Positions 17,271 to 29,229 of a stretch of 64,000 nt of DNA are shown piece by piece (within the stretch, counting starts at the first letter, position 1; each line of letters starts with the position of its first letter). The translations under genes and the position numbers were made by a program. The stretch comes from Epulopiscium sp. Nele67-Bin005 (GTDB lineage Bacteria; Bacillota; Clostridia; Lachnospirales; Cellulosilyticaceae): NCBI GenBank assembly GCA_002007365.1, contig LNZR01000043.1:14131-78130 (forward strand), read 5' to 3'. The notes below the pieces were generated by a model that saw only the letters and a list, made by a program, of their open reading frames with translations, searched no databases and was not told where the DNA came from.

Positions 17271-19184
17271 ATGATAATCGCTTGTAACCACATTGAAAAA
17301 AGATTTAACGACAAAATTATTTTATCTGATGTCCATTTTCATATTAATCCCCAAGATAAAATTGGATTAATTGGGCATAATGGAGCTGGTAAAACTACAC
17401 TTTTTAAGATGATTACCAAAGAAATATTACCAGATAATGGAGAAATTACGTATTCAAAAAATTGCTCTATTGGATATTTGGAGCAACACATGACTTTGCA
17501 AGGAAATAGCACTGTTTATGATGAATTAATCAAAGTTTTTGATGAAGTTATAAAACTTGAGTCTAAACTTGAAGACATGGCTAATGAAATTGCCAAAACT
17601 CACTCTTTGGAACTAACTAACCAATATGATGCCCTTCGCCAAACTTTTGAGGAAAAAAAAGGTTATGAATATAAAAGCTTAGTTAAGGGAGTTTTGAAGG
17701 GATTGGGATTTTTGTCAGAAGTTTATGATAGGCAAATTAACGAGCTTTCTGGTGGTCAAAAAACTAGGGTGGCCCTTGCCAAATTGCTCCTTGAAGAACC
17801 TAGTATTTTGCTACTTGATGAGCCTACCAACCACCTTGATATTGCGTCTATTGAATGGCTTGAAAATTTTTTGCGTTCATATAGAGGAGCAGTTTTAGTA
17901 ATTTCGCATGACCGTTATTTTTTGGATAAAATAGTAAATAAAGTTGTGCATTTGGAATTTGGAAAAAGCAATGTATATTATGGAAATTATGACCATTTTA
18001 TCATTGAAAGCGCCAAAGCCCATGAAGTTGCCATGCATCAATACGAAAAACAACAACAAGAAATCGCTCGCCAAAAAGCTGTTATTGCAAAACTCCGTCA
18101 ATTTAACCGAGAAAAATCTATAAAACGTGCAGAAAGCCGTGAAAAAATGCTCGCCAAACAAGAAGTTATGGAGATGCCAATGATTGATAATAAGCCGATG
18201 AATTTAATTTTAGCTCCTCAAATTCAAAGTGGAAATGATGTTGTTAGCGTTAATAATTTAAAAAAATGTTTTAATGATAAAGTTATTTTTGATAATATTT
18301 GCTTTGATATAAAAAGAGGGGACAAAGTGGCTATTGTTGGGGCAAATGGTGTTGGTAAAACTACTATTTTTAAGATGATGCTTGAACAATTTGCTCCTGA
18401 TGGTGGAGAAATTAAAATTGGTACAAACGTTCACATTGGATATTACGACCAAGCTCACGATACCCTAAATACCAAAAATACAATCATTGAAGAACTCCAA
18501 GAAAATTTTCCATCTCTAACAAATGGGCATATTAGAAATGTTTTGGCTGCATTTTTATTTATTGGAGAAGATGTTTTTAAGCCAATTAGCTCTTTGAGTG
18601 GTGGCGAAAGAGGTCGAGTTGTACTTTCAAAAATTATGCTCTCTTTTGCAAATTTACTACTTCTTGATGAGCCAACAAACCATCTTGATATTATGTCTAA
18701 AGAGGTGCTAGAGCGTGCAATTAGTACGTATGAAGGAACGGTTTTATATATTTCGCATGACCGTTATTTTATAAATCAGACTGCTACAAAAATTCTTGAG
18801 ATGCAACCTAATAAGATGACTTTATTTTTGGGTGATTATGATTATTATATCGAAAAGAAAAAAGAACAAGACTCAAATTTTGAACCATCGCTTCAAGTTA
18901 CCGAAGTAAAAGCTCAAGCCTCAAAAGCAGATTGGCAAAAAAGCAAAGAGTTACAAACTCAAATTAGGCGACTAAAAACTCAAATTGAAAAGACTGAACA
19001 AAATATCTCTGATATTGAAGCCCAAATTGAAGATATTGATAATCAGCTTTGTCAAGAAGAGGTATATTCTGATTTTGAACGTTCCAAACAACTTACTGAT
19101 GATAAGGAAAATTTTGAAAATGAAATGGCTGCTCTATATGAAAAGTGGGAAGAGCTTTCTTGTGAACTAGAAACTTTTGAATAA
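17271..19184 (+). CDS. ABC-F family ATPase (YdiF/Uup-like translation factor type)
   Basis: Two ABC cassettes (GHNGAGKTT and GANGVGKTT, LSGGQ and LSGGE). Charged inter-domain linker, C-terminal coiled coil, no TM domain. I chose the ATG at 17271 (MIIACNHIEKRF), which has an upstream GGAAGGAA, over the TTG at 17220. Confidence 0.88.
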   Translation: MIIACNHIEKRFNDKIILSDVHFHINPQDKIGLIGHNGAGKTTLFKMITKEILPDNGEITYSKNCSIGYLEQHMTLQGNSTVYDELIKVFDEVIKLESKLEDMANEIAKTHSLELTNQYDALRQTFEEKKGYEYKSLVKGVLKGLGFLSEVYDRQINELSGGQKTRVALAKLLLEEPSILLLDEPTNHLDIASIEWLENFLRSYRGAVLVISHDRYFLDKIVNKVVHLEFGKSNVYYGNYDHFIIESAKAHEVAMHQYEKQQQEIARQKAVIAKLRQFNREKSIKRAESREKMLAKQEVMEMPMIDNKPMNLILAPQIQSGNDVVSVNNLKKCFNDKVIFDNICFDIKRGDKVAIVGANGVGKTTIFKMMLEQFAPDGGEIKIGTNVHIGYYDQAHDTLNTKNTIIEELQENFPSLTNGHIRNVLAAFLFIGEDVFKPISSLSGGERGRVVLSKIMLSFANLLLLDEPTNHLDIMSKEVLERAISTYEGTVLYISHDRYFINQTATKILEMQPNKMTLFLGDYDYYIEKKKEQDSNFEPSLQVTEVKAQASKADWQKSKELQTQIRRLKTQIEKTEQNISDIEAQIEDIDNQLCQEEVYSDFERSKQLTDDKENFENEMAALYEKWEELSCELETFE

Positions 19185-19249
19185 CTTACTCTTCCATTAT
19201 TTGTAAAAATAGTGTATAATAAAGAAAGAACTCAATAAAAAATCTCGTG

Positions 19250-19283
19250 GGACTATTAAATCTTTTTGATAGTCCTATTTTTT
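19250..19283 (+). terminator. Rho-independent terminator of the ABC-F gene
   Basis: GGACTAT/ATAGTCC stem followed by TATTTTTT. Confidence 0.65.
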
Positions 19284-19324
19284 CTGTACGACAAAAAAGG
19301 TAGATCATCACGATTTTTGGATTT

Positions 19325-19367
19325 TAAAAAACTCAGCCCACAATTTTTCGTAGCTGAGTTTTTTTTT
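19325..19367. terminator. Bidirectional terminator (serves the GntR gene on the minus strand)
   Basis: ACTCAGC/GCTGAGT stem flanked by an A6 run and a T8 run. Confidence 0.65.
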
Positions 19368-20019
19368 ATTGCAATTTTGCATTATGAATTACACTATTAA
19401 TATGTTGGACACTAGCTACTTCAGCTTCTTCAATTTTACCATTCTTAATCGCATCATAAATTGCCATGTGTTCTTCCAACATTTTAACGGCTCTTCCTTC
19501 CCTCATAATAGAAGATTTTCTAAATTTTTGAATATATGAATGAAAGTCTAATAAAATATGTGTTAAAATCTTACTTCTGCTTGAGTTATACAAAACTTCA
19601 TGAAACCTATGATCCAAATTTTTGATTTGATTGTAATCTTTCTTCGCTATATAAAATTTGGTAAGTGTCAACACTTCTTCTAATTCTATTAATTCACTCT
19701 CTTGTATTCTTTCTGCTGCATATTTTATAGCCAGTCCCTCTAACATTAATCGCATTGTTAAAATATCTTCAATATCCTCTTGACTAACTCCAGCTACAAC
19801 TGTCTCTTTATTTGGGATAGAATGAACTAATCCTTCTAACTCTAGTTGACGAATTGCTTCTCTAACAGGGGTTCGACTTACACTAAGCTCTTTTGCAATA
19901 ACATTTTCTCTCAAAATATCTCCCACATGATATTTATCCTCCAAGATGTCCTCACGCAATCTATTAAAAACCATGCCTCTTAAAGAAGACCTTTCTCCAT
20001 GCTCTGTATCGTATCTCAT
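19366..20019 (-). CDS. GntR-family transcriptional regulator (FadR/FCD subfamily)
   Basis: N-terminal wHTH (ELSVSRTPVREAIRQLELEGLV) plus an all-helical C-terminal domain. The start is placed at the internal ATG (MRYDTE), which has an AAGGAG SD. Confidence 0.85.
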   Translation of the reverse strand: MRYDTEHGERSSLRGMVFNRLREDILEDKYHVGDILRENVIAKELSVSRTPVREAIRQLELEGLVHSIPNKETVVAGVSQEDIEDILTMRLMLEGLAIKYAAERIQESELIELEEVLTLTKFYIAKKDYNQIKNLDHRFHEVLYNSSRSKILTHILLDFHSYIQKFRKSSIMREGRAVKMLEEHMAIYDAIKNGKIEEAEVASVQHINSVIHNAKLQ

Positions 20020-20100
20020 AAAACAACTCCTTATCTGGTCAGGTAAAATTATAGCCTTCAATTCATTTTAACAAAATCAGCCAAAATTTCAACTAATTTT

Positions 20101-20736
20101 TTAATATTGCACCCACTCATCATTCTTTTTATAGGCCACTAGACTTTCTACCAAATTTCTTTCATCAATCTCAAACGTGTTAGAATTTTCACAAATAACA
20201 GTTTGCCATTTAAGTTGTAGCTGATACTCTGTCTTACTATCGGCTTTATTTACAAGCTCGATAACTTCCAAAATCTCTAACACCAAATCCCCATTTGAAT
20301 TAAATTCAATCGTTAGAGGAGTTACAGCAATTTGTGTATCTACTATATTTTTATGTTTTATAAACCATTCTTCAAACTGAATTTGAAAATTATTTAGCCC
20401 TCCATCAGTTATGTAATTATCAAGTATAGTAAAACTTTGTTTGGCAATCGCATCTTTATATTGTTTATAAAAATTTTGTATAAATATATCTAACGCATAT
20501 TGACCTTTTTCAGATATCGTAAATGTATCCCCATATTTAACGATATAACTTTCCTCTGGCACTATATAAAGCACCTCATTTGCTACTTCCACCTCTTGTT
20601 GAGACACAGAATATTCAAGAGGAGTCACTTGTGGAAATTTAAAATAATAATTTTTGCCTGCCATAACCCCCAATAAAATTCCTGTTGCCACAACAACCAA
20701 ACTAGTTTTTGGGGTTGTAATATATTTTGCTCTCAT
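20101..20736 (-). CDS. Membrane-anchored hypothetical protein
   Basis: One N-terminal TM helix (LVVVATGILLGVMAG). No recognisable motif. Confidence 0.55.
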   Translation of the reverse strand: MRAKYITTPKTSLVVVATGILLGVMAGKNYYFKFPQVTPLEYSVSQQEVEVANEVLYIVPEESYIVKYGDTFTISEKGQYALDIFIQNFYKQYKDAIAKQSFTILDNYITDGGLNNFQIQFEEWFIKHKNIVDTQIAVTPLTIEFNSNGDLVLEILEVIELVNKADSKTEYQLQLKWQTVICENSNTFEIDERNLVESLVAYKKNDEWVQY

Positions 20737-21009
20737 TAATTAGTTGTTACCTTTCTATAGTTTTTATTGTAATATATATATTTAGTCTACGGACAAGTTA
20801 TTACACTTTACGAACAAAAATAATATCAACTTTTTAATATAAAAATTAAATCTTGCTCAAAAGTCATAGTCTGTTGTCGAAGCTCGTCAAATTATTTACA
20901 AATTTCACCCTCAAAAATTGAAGATAAAGTTGTCATTACACTGAAAAAACTATACAACATCACCAAAACCTCACAATAAACTTAGGTTATTATATTTGGT
21001 GAATTTTGT

Positions 21010-21036
21010 TAAGTTCATGTTAATTCAGGTCGATAT
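21010..21036 (+). promoter_or_regulatory. Sigma-D (sigma-28)-like promoter candidate
   Basis: TAAG (21010-21013), a 15-nt spacer, then GTCGATAT (21029-21036), against the consensus TAAA-N15-GCCGATAT. It lies about 125 nt upstream of ORF 21160. Confidence 0.35.
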
Positions 21037-21159
21037 TTAATATATAAGATAATTATAAACCGTTGATTAAACAAGCTACTAAGCTTTTTATAACTTTTTA
21101 TTATATATTAAATCTATGTTAAATTATTGATGTAGATAAATTTAAAAGGAGGAAACTTT

Positions 21160-21423
21160 ATGATGATGAACAATGTTTATGCTATTTTAAATACAACAAA
21201 TATGGCACAATATGCTGATGTCAAAAAGGCGAATGATGGCGATTTTAAGGAGCAACTTCAAGGCAAAGTAAAACCAATTGAAGCCGTTTCTCCAATAGAA
21301 GCAACAACTGCAATCAATGAACATCAAGAAAAAAATTCTGCACAAACTGCCTACAATAAATTTAAAAATGCCCATACATTTTTCGATTTAAATCAGTTTA
21401 CCTCTGAAACTAGTGAAAGCTAG
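21160..21423 (+). CDS. Small hypothetical protein (87 aa) at the head of the MCP array
   Basis: Strong SD (AAAGGAGGA) 7 nt upstream of the ATG. No motif recognised. Confidence 0.55.
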   Translation: MMMNNVYAILNTTNMAQYADVKKANDGDFKEQLQGKVKPIEAVSPIEATTAINEHQEKNSAQTAYNKFKNAHTFFDLNQFTSETSES

Positions 21424-21674
21424 TTTTTTTTTGTGCAAAATATTTATTTAAAAAAATTTCATTTTATTATTTTTACTTTTTTGATAATTTTGCACAGTTA
21501 TTTTTCTTTTTATCCCTTAAATCTACCCTATATTACCAAAAAATTCATATTTTATTCATCATTTAGATAAGATGTATAGGCTATACTACATTAAACTAAC
21601 TGACAAATTTATATATAATTTTATATCTTTGTATGAACTACAAGATAAAACTTAAATTCTAGGAGGGGATTTTA

Positions 21675-23801
21675 ATGGAAAGATTTAATAATTTAAAGCT
21701 TGCCCGAAAACTTACTATAATAATTGTTCTTATTACAGCGCTTATTAATGGGATTTTGCTAACTGTTACCGTTACCAACGTCACCAAAAATAACGAAGAA
21801 TTAATTATGGACAAGTTTACTTTACAAGCTGAACTTAATGCAACAATTATCCAAAACTTGGTTACAAGTGGATTTAATATTGCAACAGATTTACAGGCTT
21901 ATATAGAAAATTCTTATGCCAATTTTACTGCACCACCAGTTGATGAAGAAGGTAACTCAACAGCTACAAACACTGGTATTGTGTATGGTGGGCCAATTGC
22001 TACAGGTAATTCCAGAATGGAAGACTACCTTTTAAATACAGCTTGGTCAGCGATTACTGATAATGAAGATGTTTCTGGAATTGGGCTATTTTTTGATAAA
22101 TACGCATTTGACCCAACTCAAGAAATTTACGCTTTTTGGGTATCAGAATTTAATGCCCAAAATCAAAGCTTTTTGCCAGTTTATAGTTATTCGGAGTATT
22201 CTAATGAAGAGTTTTTTACTGCTCCAAAAAGTACACACACACCATACATAACTACACCAGCACAAAATATTAACGGGGATTATACGTGTTATGTATCTTA
22301 CCCAATTATTTACCAAGGTGAATTTAAGGCCACTCTTTGTGTTGAGCTTATGGTATCAAACTTTGAGCGTACTGCAATTAGTAATCCAAAATATCCAACA
22401 CTATATTCTTCTATCTTAAATAGCGATTGGGTAATACTTTATGACTCTACAGATTTAGCTCATATTGGGCATAATGTTGGGGAATATTTAACTCCACAAT
22501 GTGTGGAAACTTGGACAGAACTTGCTGCAAAAGAAGAATTTTTTATAACAGAGGCAATTTATCCAAATAACGTTCGCCATTTAAGATTTGCCTCACCAAT
22601 TCAGGCAGGAAATGAAATTTGGTGGTCACATATAGAAATCTCTCCAGATAATTTATATAGTGATGTTGTTGAGATGACAGTAGTAATTGTTACACTATCT
22701 TTGGTGGCACTAGTTGCTCTAATTGTGTTAGTTACAGGATTTATTAACAAAATGTTAAAACCTCTTGATGCTGTTGTTGATGCGTCTAGTAGCATCGAAA
22801 ATGGAAATTTAACTATTTCTCTTGAGGCACGTTATACAGATGAAGTTGGGATTTTATCAAATAGTTTTATGGACATGGCCTCTCACCTAAAGTCAATTGT
22901 TAGCGAAATTGAGTTTGTACTTGGAGAAATGGCAAGAGGAGATTTTACGGCTATTTCCAAAATGAAAGCTAACTATAATGGTCAGTTTAGCCCTATCAAA
23001 AAATCTTTGTACGACATTAGCAAAACGCTTAGCCTCTCACTAGAAAATATTAACAAGGCTGCTACTGAAGTTAATCATGGCGCTGATGAAATTGCTGTTG
23101 GAGCAAGCGAAATCGCTCAAGGTACTATTGCTCAAGGTATGATTATTGATACGTTTGTAATGACTACTGGCAAAATTGAGAAAGCTGTAAATGATGCAAT
23201 TTGTCAAATCGAAGAAACAGGTAAAATTTCTCTAGAAGCTAAGCAAAAAGCTACAGAAGGAGTAAATTCTATGTCTAAAATGTTAACTTCTATGAATTTA
23301 ATTAATGAGTCTAGCCAAACTATTTCTGAAGTTCTAAAAACTGTTGAGGATATTGCTGAACAAACTAATTTACTAGCTCTTAACGCCTCAATAGAAGCTG
23401 CTCGTGCTGGAGAGGCTGGTCAAGGATTTGCCATTGTAGCCACTGAAATCCGTGAACTTGCAACAAGAAGTAGTGATTGTGTTCAACAAATTGAAAGTGT
23501 TATTAAAGAGAGTACATCTAATGTTGAAAAAGGTCAAGAGATGGCCAATGCTACTGCAAAAAGTCTTAATCAAATTGTAGATACAATTGAAAAAACTGCC
23601 GACATTGCACACACTTTACTTCAAACTAGTGAAGCTCAACAACATAGCATAGATGAACTTATAGAAGGTACATCACAAATCGAAAATGTGGTAAAAAGTA
23701 ATAATGCTACTTCTCAAGAAAGCGCTGCAATTAGTGAAGAACTTGCTTCTCAGGCACAGGCTCTCGAAAATCTTTTGCAACACTTTACATTTACTCACTA
23801 A
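21675..23801 (+). CDS. Methyl-accepting chemotaxis protein A1 (TM, ~300-aa double-Cache-like sensor, TM, HAMP, MA domain)
   Basis: [10 protein letters not shown]-terminus. TM1, then an extracytoplasmic region with FDKYAFDP / SYPIIY / WWSH motifs, then TM2. HAMP (KPLD...DEVGIL). Conserved hairpin [35 protein letters not shown]. Confidence 0.93.
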   Translation: MERFNNLKLARKLTIIIVLITALINGILLTVTVTNVTKNNEELIMDKFTLQAELNATIIQNLVTSGFNIATDLQAYIENSYANFTAPPVDEEGNSTATNTGIVYGGPIATGNSRMEDYLLNTAWSAITDNEDVSGIGLFFDKYAFDPTQEIYAFWVSEFNAQNQSFLPVYSYSEYSNEEFFTAPKSTHTPYITTPAQNINGDYTCYVSYPIIYQGEFKATLCVELMVSNFERTAISNPKYPTLYSSILNSDWVILYDSTDLAHIGHNVGEYLTPQCVETWTELAAKEEFFITEAIYPNNVRHLRFASPIQAGNEIWWSHIEISPDNLYSDVVEMTVVIVTLSLVALVALIVLVTGFINKMLKPLDAVVDASSSIENGNLTISLEARYTDEVGILSNSFMDMASHLKSIVSEIEFVLGEMARGDFTAISKMKANYNGQFSPIKKSLYDISKTLSLSLENINKAATEVNHGADEIAVGASEIAQGTIAQGMIIDTFVMTTGKIEKAVNDAICQIEETGKISLEAKQKATEGVNSMSKMLTSMNLINESSQTISEVLKTVEDIAEQTNLLALNASIEAARAGEAGQGFAIVATEIRELATRSSDCVQQIESVIKESTSNVEKGQEMANATAKSLNQIVDTIEKTADIAHTLLQTSEAQQHSIDELIEGTSQIENVVKSNNATSQESAAISEELASQAQALENLLQHFTFTH

Positions 23802-23958
23802 AAATATTATAAAAAGGCTAATAATTATGTTAGTCTTTTTTTTTATAAATTATTCTTAATAAATTTCTTCTTTAATAATATAAGTAATAGATAATTTGTT
23901 TACAAAATTATAGTAATTTGACCCAAAAGGCATAATCAAAAAATAATTAAGTATATTA

Positions 23959-23987
23959 TTGTGTGAAATATTGTTAAATGGTATACT
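23959..23987 (+). promoter_or_regulatory. Sigma-A promoter candidate for MCP A2 (extended -10)
   Basis: TTGTGT, a 17-nt spacer, then TGgTATACT, about 110 nt upstream of the ATG. Confidence 0.35.
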
Positions 23988-24096
23988 AAATATACAACTT
24001 AGGATAAGTTACCTACATAAGAGGTAAAATGTTAAAAAAAATTTAACTATTTTTTTGACTAAATAGAACTTAAAAGGGTAAAAGGGAGGATTATAT

Positions 24097-26235
24097 ATGG
24101 AGAAATTTAATAACTTTAAACTCGCAAAAAAACTAACATTACTAATGGCTCTAATAACAAGTATTATCTTGATGATTTTAGTAACATCTACTACCGTTGG
24201 AGTTGGCTATAGCAATTCAATTCTTATTATGGACAAATTTAAAGCTCAAGCCGAACTAAATGCAAATATCGTACAAAATATGTTAGATGGAGCATTTAAT
24301 GTAGCCACAAATTTACAAGCTTACATTGATAGTAATTTTTATAAATTTGGTGCGCCTATTTATGATGAAGAAGGAAATGTATTATCAACTAGCACAAGCA
24401 ACGTATATGGAGTGCCTCTTGCTGCTGCTAATTCTCGGGCTGAAGACTTTATACTAAACACAATATGGGCGGCAATTCTTGATAATCCACATATAGGGGC
24501 TGTGGGGGTGCTTTTTGATCCATATAAGTTTGACCCAACTCAAGAAATATTTTCATTTTGGGTTACACCAAATAAGGCTAATCAACAAAGTATGATACCT
24601 CTTACAGAATACTCGCAATATAGCACAGCCGATTTTTATACTTCTGTAAAACAAACTAAATCTCCAGTAATTACAACCCCTCTTTTAAATGCTGATAACG
24701 TATACACAAGTTTTATAGCCTACCCTATAGTTTATCAAAATGAATTTCAGGGCGTTATTTGTATTGAACTTTTGGCTACAAACTTTGACTATATAGCTGT
24801 AGAAAATCCACTATATCCAAGTTTACATTGTGCAATATTAACTGATGATTGGGAGATTTATTATGACTCAGAGTCGCTAACTCACATCGGAATGTATGCA
24901 GATGACTTTATTACACAAGAGTCTATGGATAAATGGAATGCTCTTGCTATTAAGCGTGAATTTTTTATCGTAGAAACACAGTATCCTAATGGTTCACGCC
25001 ATGTTAGATTTATATCACCAATAGAGGCTGGGGACGAACTTTGGTGGTCACATCTTGAGATTTCAACGTCAGATTTTTTATCAGAAGTAGTATCTCTTGT
25101 TGCTAAAATTATATTTATTTCTGTGGTGGCACTTATTTTACTAATTGTAATTATGACTCGTGCTATATCAAAACAACTAAAACCTATAGATAAAGTTGTT
25201 GAAGCATCTTCTCAAATTGCAGAAGGAAACCTAAATATTACAATAGTTACACCATACAATGATGAGATAGGAATTTTGGCCACAGGATTTAGTGGAATGG
25301 CCTCTCACCTAAAAACTATCATTACAGAAATAGAAGTAGTCCTTGGAAAAATGGCTGATGGCGACTTTACAGCTGCTTCAAATTCCAAACTACTTGCAAA
25401 TTATAATGGCCAATTTGCTCCTATTAAAAAATCTATGAGAACAATAGGAAAAAAACTAAGCTCATCACTAGAAAACATTACTCGTATTGCATCAGAAGTA
25501 AACCATGGGGCTGCTGATATTTCTGTTGCGGCAAACGATTTGGCACATGGTAGTGTGTCTCAAAGTTTATCAATTGATACATTTATTACAACAACAACAA
25601 ACATGGGGCAATCTATTTTAAATTCTCAATCCAAAGTAGAAAATGCCAAACAAATTTCTCAAAATGCCAAAGAAAAAGCCTCAAAAGGTGAGCAATCAAT
25701 GAAAGAAATGCTCACTTCTATGGAACAAATTAATAGTTCTAGCAAAACTATCTCTATGGTTTTGGGCAAAATAGAAGAAATTGCTGACCAAACAAATCTC
25801 CTTGCGCTAAATGCATCAATAGAAGCTGCTCGTGCTGGAGAGTCTGGCAAAGGATTTGCCGTTGTTGCTAGTGAGGTTCGAGATTTATCACTAAGAACTA
25901 CAAACATTATTAAAGATGTAAAGGAGATAATCCAAGAAAGCACTAGAAACGTTGATGAAGGTCAAAAAATCGCAAATCAAACAGCACATAGCCTTCATGA
26001 AATTGTTGAGGCAGTTGAGGTTACAGCCAAAATTTCAAATGAATTATCTCAAATTAGTACTTCTCAACAACAAAGTATACAAAAATTATTAGATGAGAGT
26101 TCAGAAATAACAGCTGTAGTTGAAGTTACAACAGCCACAAGTGAAGAGAGTGCTGCAATTAGCAATCAACTAGCTGGCAATGCTCACGCTTTAGAAGAAT
26201 TATTACAACACTTCAAATTTAGAAAAGATTTATAA
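24097..26235 (+). CDS. Methyl-accepting chemotaxis protein A2
   Basis: Same architecture as A1. Hairpin [35 protein letters not shown]. Confidence 0.93.
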   Translation: MEKFNNFKLAKKLTLLMALITSIILMILVTSTTVGVGYSNSILIMDKFKAQAELNANIVQNMLDGAFNVATNLQAYIDSNFYKFGAPIYDEEGNVLSTSTSNVYGVPLAAANSRAEDFILNTIWAAILDNPHIGAVGVLFDPYKFDPTQEIFSFWVTPNKANQQSMIPLTEYSQYSTADFYTSVKQTKSPVITTPLLNADNVYTSFIAYPIVYQNEFQGVICIELLATNFDYIAVENPLYPSLHCAILTDDWEIYYDSESLTHIGMYADDFITQESMDKWNALAIKREFFIVETQYPNGSRHVRFISPIEAGDELWWSHLEISTSDFLSEVVSLVAKIIFISVVALILLIVIMTRAISKQLKPIDKVVEASSQIAEGNLNITIVTPYNDEIGILATGFSGMASHLKTIITEIEVVLGKMADGDFTAASNSKLLANYNGQFAPIKKSMRTIGKKLSSSLENITRIASEVNHGAADISVAANDLAHGSVSQSLSIDTFITTTTNMGQSILNSQSKVENAKQISQNAKEKASKGEQSMKEMLTSMEQINSSSKTISMVLGKIEEIADQTNLLALNASIEAARAGESGKGFAVVASEVRDLSLRTTNIIKDVKEIIQESTRNVDEGQKIANQTAHSLHEIVEAVEVTAKISNELSQISTSQQQSIQKLLDESSEITAVVEVTTATSEESAAISNQLAGNAHALEELLQHFKFRKDL

Positions 26236-26264
26236 AAAGCTACCTTTCGGGGTAGTTTTTTTTT
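26236..26264 (+). terminator. Rho-independent terminator of MCP A2
   Basis: CTACC/GGTAG stem followed by a T9 run. Confidence 0.7.
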
Positions 26265-26660
26265 GCAAAAATATATAATTTATAATAAAACCTACAATAA
26301 AAATTATAGTTATTCATTAATTTTTTCTTCTTAAATATGACTATTATTTTAATAATTAATTCCGATACTTAACAAATTATTTAGACAACTTTTATTAATG
26401 TTAGAAATGCGTTTATATTATGTATAATACAAAATTCATTACTTTGCATACTAGTAAACATTTCCACCAAATTATATTTTAACTTATTAATGATAATTAG
26501 TAATTTATTATTGATAATTAAAATACCATTAACTCATTTATAGCATTTATTAAAAATTTCATATATTGTTCATATTTCTACGGTAATTAAATGATAAACT
26601 ATTGAGGCAAACTTAACAATTTTACCTACCACACCAAAGGTACAAAGGAGGATATTTTTT

Positions 26661-28802
26661 ATGGAGAAGTTTAATAATTTAAAACTTGTTCGCAAACTAA
26701 TTATAGTTATAACCTTACTAACAACCATTATTTTATCAACGTTAGTAACAGTTACTGCATTTTCAGTAGCCAAAAATAACTATAGTATCATTATGGATAA
26801 ATTCACTTTACAAGCTGAAATGAACGGGACAGTTGTTCAATCAATAGTGGATAATTCTTTTAATGTTGCTACAAATCTACAAACATATATTTTAAATTCT
26901 TATTCAAAATTTGGTGCGCCTATTTATGATGAAGAAGGTAACGCCATATCTACAAACAAAAGTGCTGTTTATAATGTCCCACTTGCTGCGGCTAATTTCC
27001 GTATGGAAGATTACATATTAAACACAGCATGGGCAACAATTTCTGACAATCCTGATATTGGGGCTATCGGGGTACACTTTGAGCCATATGCATTTGACCC
27101 AACTTTAGAAACATATTCATTTTGGGTAACTACAAACAAAGCCGCACAAAATAGTATGATACCTCTACCTAGTTATGATGTTTATAGTACATCAGATTTT
27201 TATTCAGCGACCAAAGCTACTCTACAACCCGTAATTACGCCACCTGCTCAAAATACAAATATTGATAATCAAGGGCAGTATAGTAGTTATATTTCATATC
27301 CAATAATCTACCAAAATCAGTTTAAAGGGGTTGTCTGCATAGAATTAATTACTTCAAACTTTGACCGTACTGCAATTAGTAACACACGTTATCCAAGTTT
27401 GCACTCCTCTATATTAAGTAGTGAGTGGACAATTATTTTTGACTCCGAAAGCGACGAAAATATAGGTCTTAATGTATCAGACTTCCTAACAACAAAAAGC
27501 CTTGAAACTTGGCTTCATCTATCTAGCAATAACGAGTTTTTTAGCCTTGAAACAGCATACCCAACTGGTGAGAAACATATTAGATATAGCTACCCAATTA
27601 CTGCTGGGAACGAGATTTGGTGGTCACACGTTGAGCTTACGACAACAGATTTTTATAGAGATGTTATAAATATAGTTTCTACAATAATTATTATTTCTGT
27701 AGGTGCAATTATAGCTCTCATTTGCCTTGTATCAATGTTTATCAAATATTTATTACAACCACTTGATGATATAGTACAAGCTTCTGCACAAATCTCAGAA
27801 GGGAATTTAAATGTTATTGTTACTTCTAGTTATTCAGATGAATTTGGAATACTCGCAAATGGATTTACTTGTATGGCTGCTCACCTAAGAAGTATTATTA
27901 TAGAAATTGAAGCTATTCTTGAAGCTATGGCTCATGGAGATTTTTCGGTTGTTGATGAAGATAATTTTGAGGCAAATTATAATGGTCAATTTGCTCCTAT
28001 AAAAATCTCTCTAATCCAAATTGGACAAAAGCTTAGTGAGTCCTTGGAAAATATTAGCCGACTAGCTACAGAAGTTAACTTTGGGGCAGAAGATACAGCA
28101 ACTACAGCTACTGAGCTTGCTATGGGAAATGTTGTTCAGAGTGGAGTTGTGGATACGTTTTTGGACGCTACCGAAAATATCGAACAAGCTGTAATCGACA
28201 CCAGAGTTAAAATTGAGCAAACCGAACAAATTTCTTATGAGGCACAACAAAAATCTACCATAGGAGCAACAGCCATGGAAGAAATGCTAAAATCAATGCA
28301 AGAAATCTCTCAAGCAAGCTCAACTATTTCTGAAGTATTAAAAACTGTTGAAGATATTGCAGAACAAACCAACCTCTTAGCTCTTAATGCAACAATAGAA
28401 GCTGCTCGTGCTGGGGAAAACGGAAAAGGGTTTAATGTTGTTGCTACTGAAGTTCGTAACCTAGCAATAAGAAGCCAAGAAAACGTACGTGAAATAGAAA
28501 ATGTTATTAAAGATATTAGTCAAAGCGTTGAAAGAGGCGAGAGTATGGCCAACTCAACTTCACAAAGTCTACGTGAAATTGTAGATATTGTTGAACAAAC
28601 AGTTCATATTACACAAGAATTGATGACAGCAAGCGAAGTCCAGCAAGAAAATATTAAAGAAGTTATTAACGGGACTGAAGAACTTAATTCAGTTATTGAA
28701 AATAATATTGCGACTAGTCAACAAAGTGCCGCAATTAGTCAACAGCTTGCCTTTAATGCACAATCATTAGATGAGCTACTACGTTCCTTTAAATTTGAAT
28801 AA
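26661..28802 (+). CDS. Methyl-accepting chemotaxis protein A3
   Basis: Same architecture. Hairpin [35 protein letters not shown]. Confidence 0.93.
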   Translation: MEKFNNLKLVRKLIIVITLLTTIILSTLVTVTAFSVAKNNYSIIMDKFTLQAEMNGTVVQSIVDNSFNVATNLQTYILNSYSKFGAPIYDEEGNAISTNKSAVYNVPLAAANFRMEDYILNTAWATISDNPDIGAIGVHFEPYAFDPTLETYSFWVTTNKAAQNSMIPLPSYDVYSTSDFYSATKATLQPVITPPAQNTNIDNQGQYSSYISYPIIYQNQFKGVVCIELITSNFDRTAISNTRYPSLHSSILSSEWTIIFDSESDENIGLNVSDFLTTKSLETWLHLSSNNEFFSLETAYPTGEKHIRYSYPITAGNEIWWSHVELTTTDFYRDVINIVSTIIIISVGAIIALICLVSMFIKYLLQPLDDIVQASAQISEGNLNVIVTSSYSDEFGILANGFTCMAAHLRSIIIEIEAILEAMAHGDFSVVDEDNFEANYNGQFAPIKISLIQIGQKLSESLENISRLATEVNFGAEDTATTATELAMGNVVQSGVVDTFLDATENIEQAVIDTRVKIEQTEQISYEAQQKSTIGATAMEEMLKSMQEISQASSTISEVLKTVEDIAEQTNLLALNATIEAARAGENGKGFNVVATEVRNLAIRSQENVREIENVIKDISQSVERGESMANSTSQSLREIVDIVEQTVHITQELMTASEVQQENIKEVINGTEELNSVIENNIATSQQSAAISQQLAFNAQSLDELLRSFKFE

Positions 28803-28807
28803 ATTTT

Positions 28808-28841
28808 AGCTATAGGCCAACCTGCCTATAGCTTTTTTTTT
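28808..28841 (+). terminator. Rho-independent terminator of MCP A3
   Basis: AGCTATAGG/CCTATAGCT stem followed by a T9 run. Confidence 0.85.
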
Positions 28842-29229
28842 GTAGATTTTTTAAATAAGTGGAACATTTTTATAAAAAAATACGTCTATATATTAAACTA
28901 CTGAATATAATTTTTTTAATTTGGATAAGTAGTCAATTTGAAAATTTTATTTAAAAAATGTAACTAAAATTTTAATAGTTGTCAAAACTTGCCGAAAAAC
29001 ATATTATAAATAATTTATAATGTGCAGTATAACTTTTATAATTTATATGAAAAAAGTAGTTCAATTTGTATATGTATGATAAAATGAGGGTGGACACGTA
29101 AAATTACGTTAACAAATTGTTTATAATTTGTTAGTGTCTACATATTTTCTTCAAATGTATTAGCTACATTGAACTATATACAAAATCTGTTACTTAAGAA
29201 AGTTTTAGCAAAATAAGGAGGATATTTAA

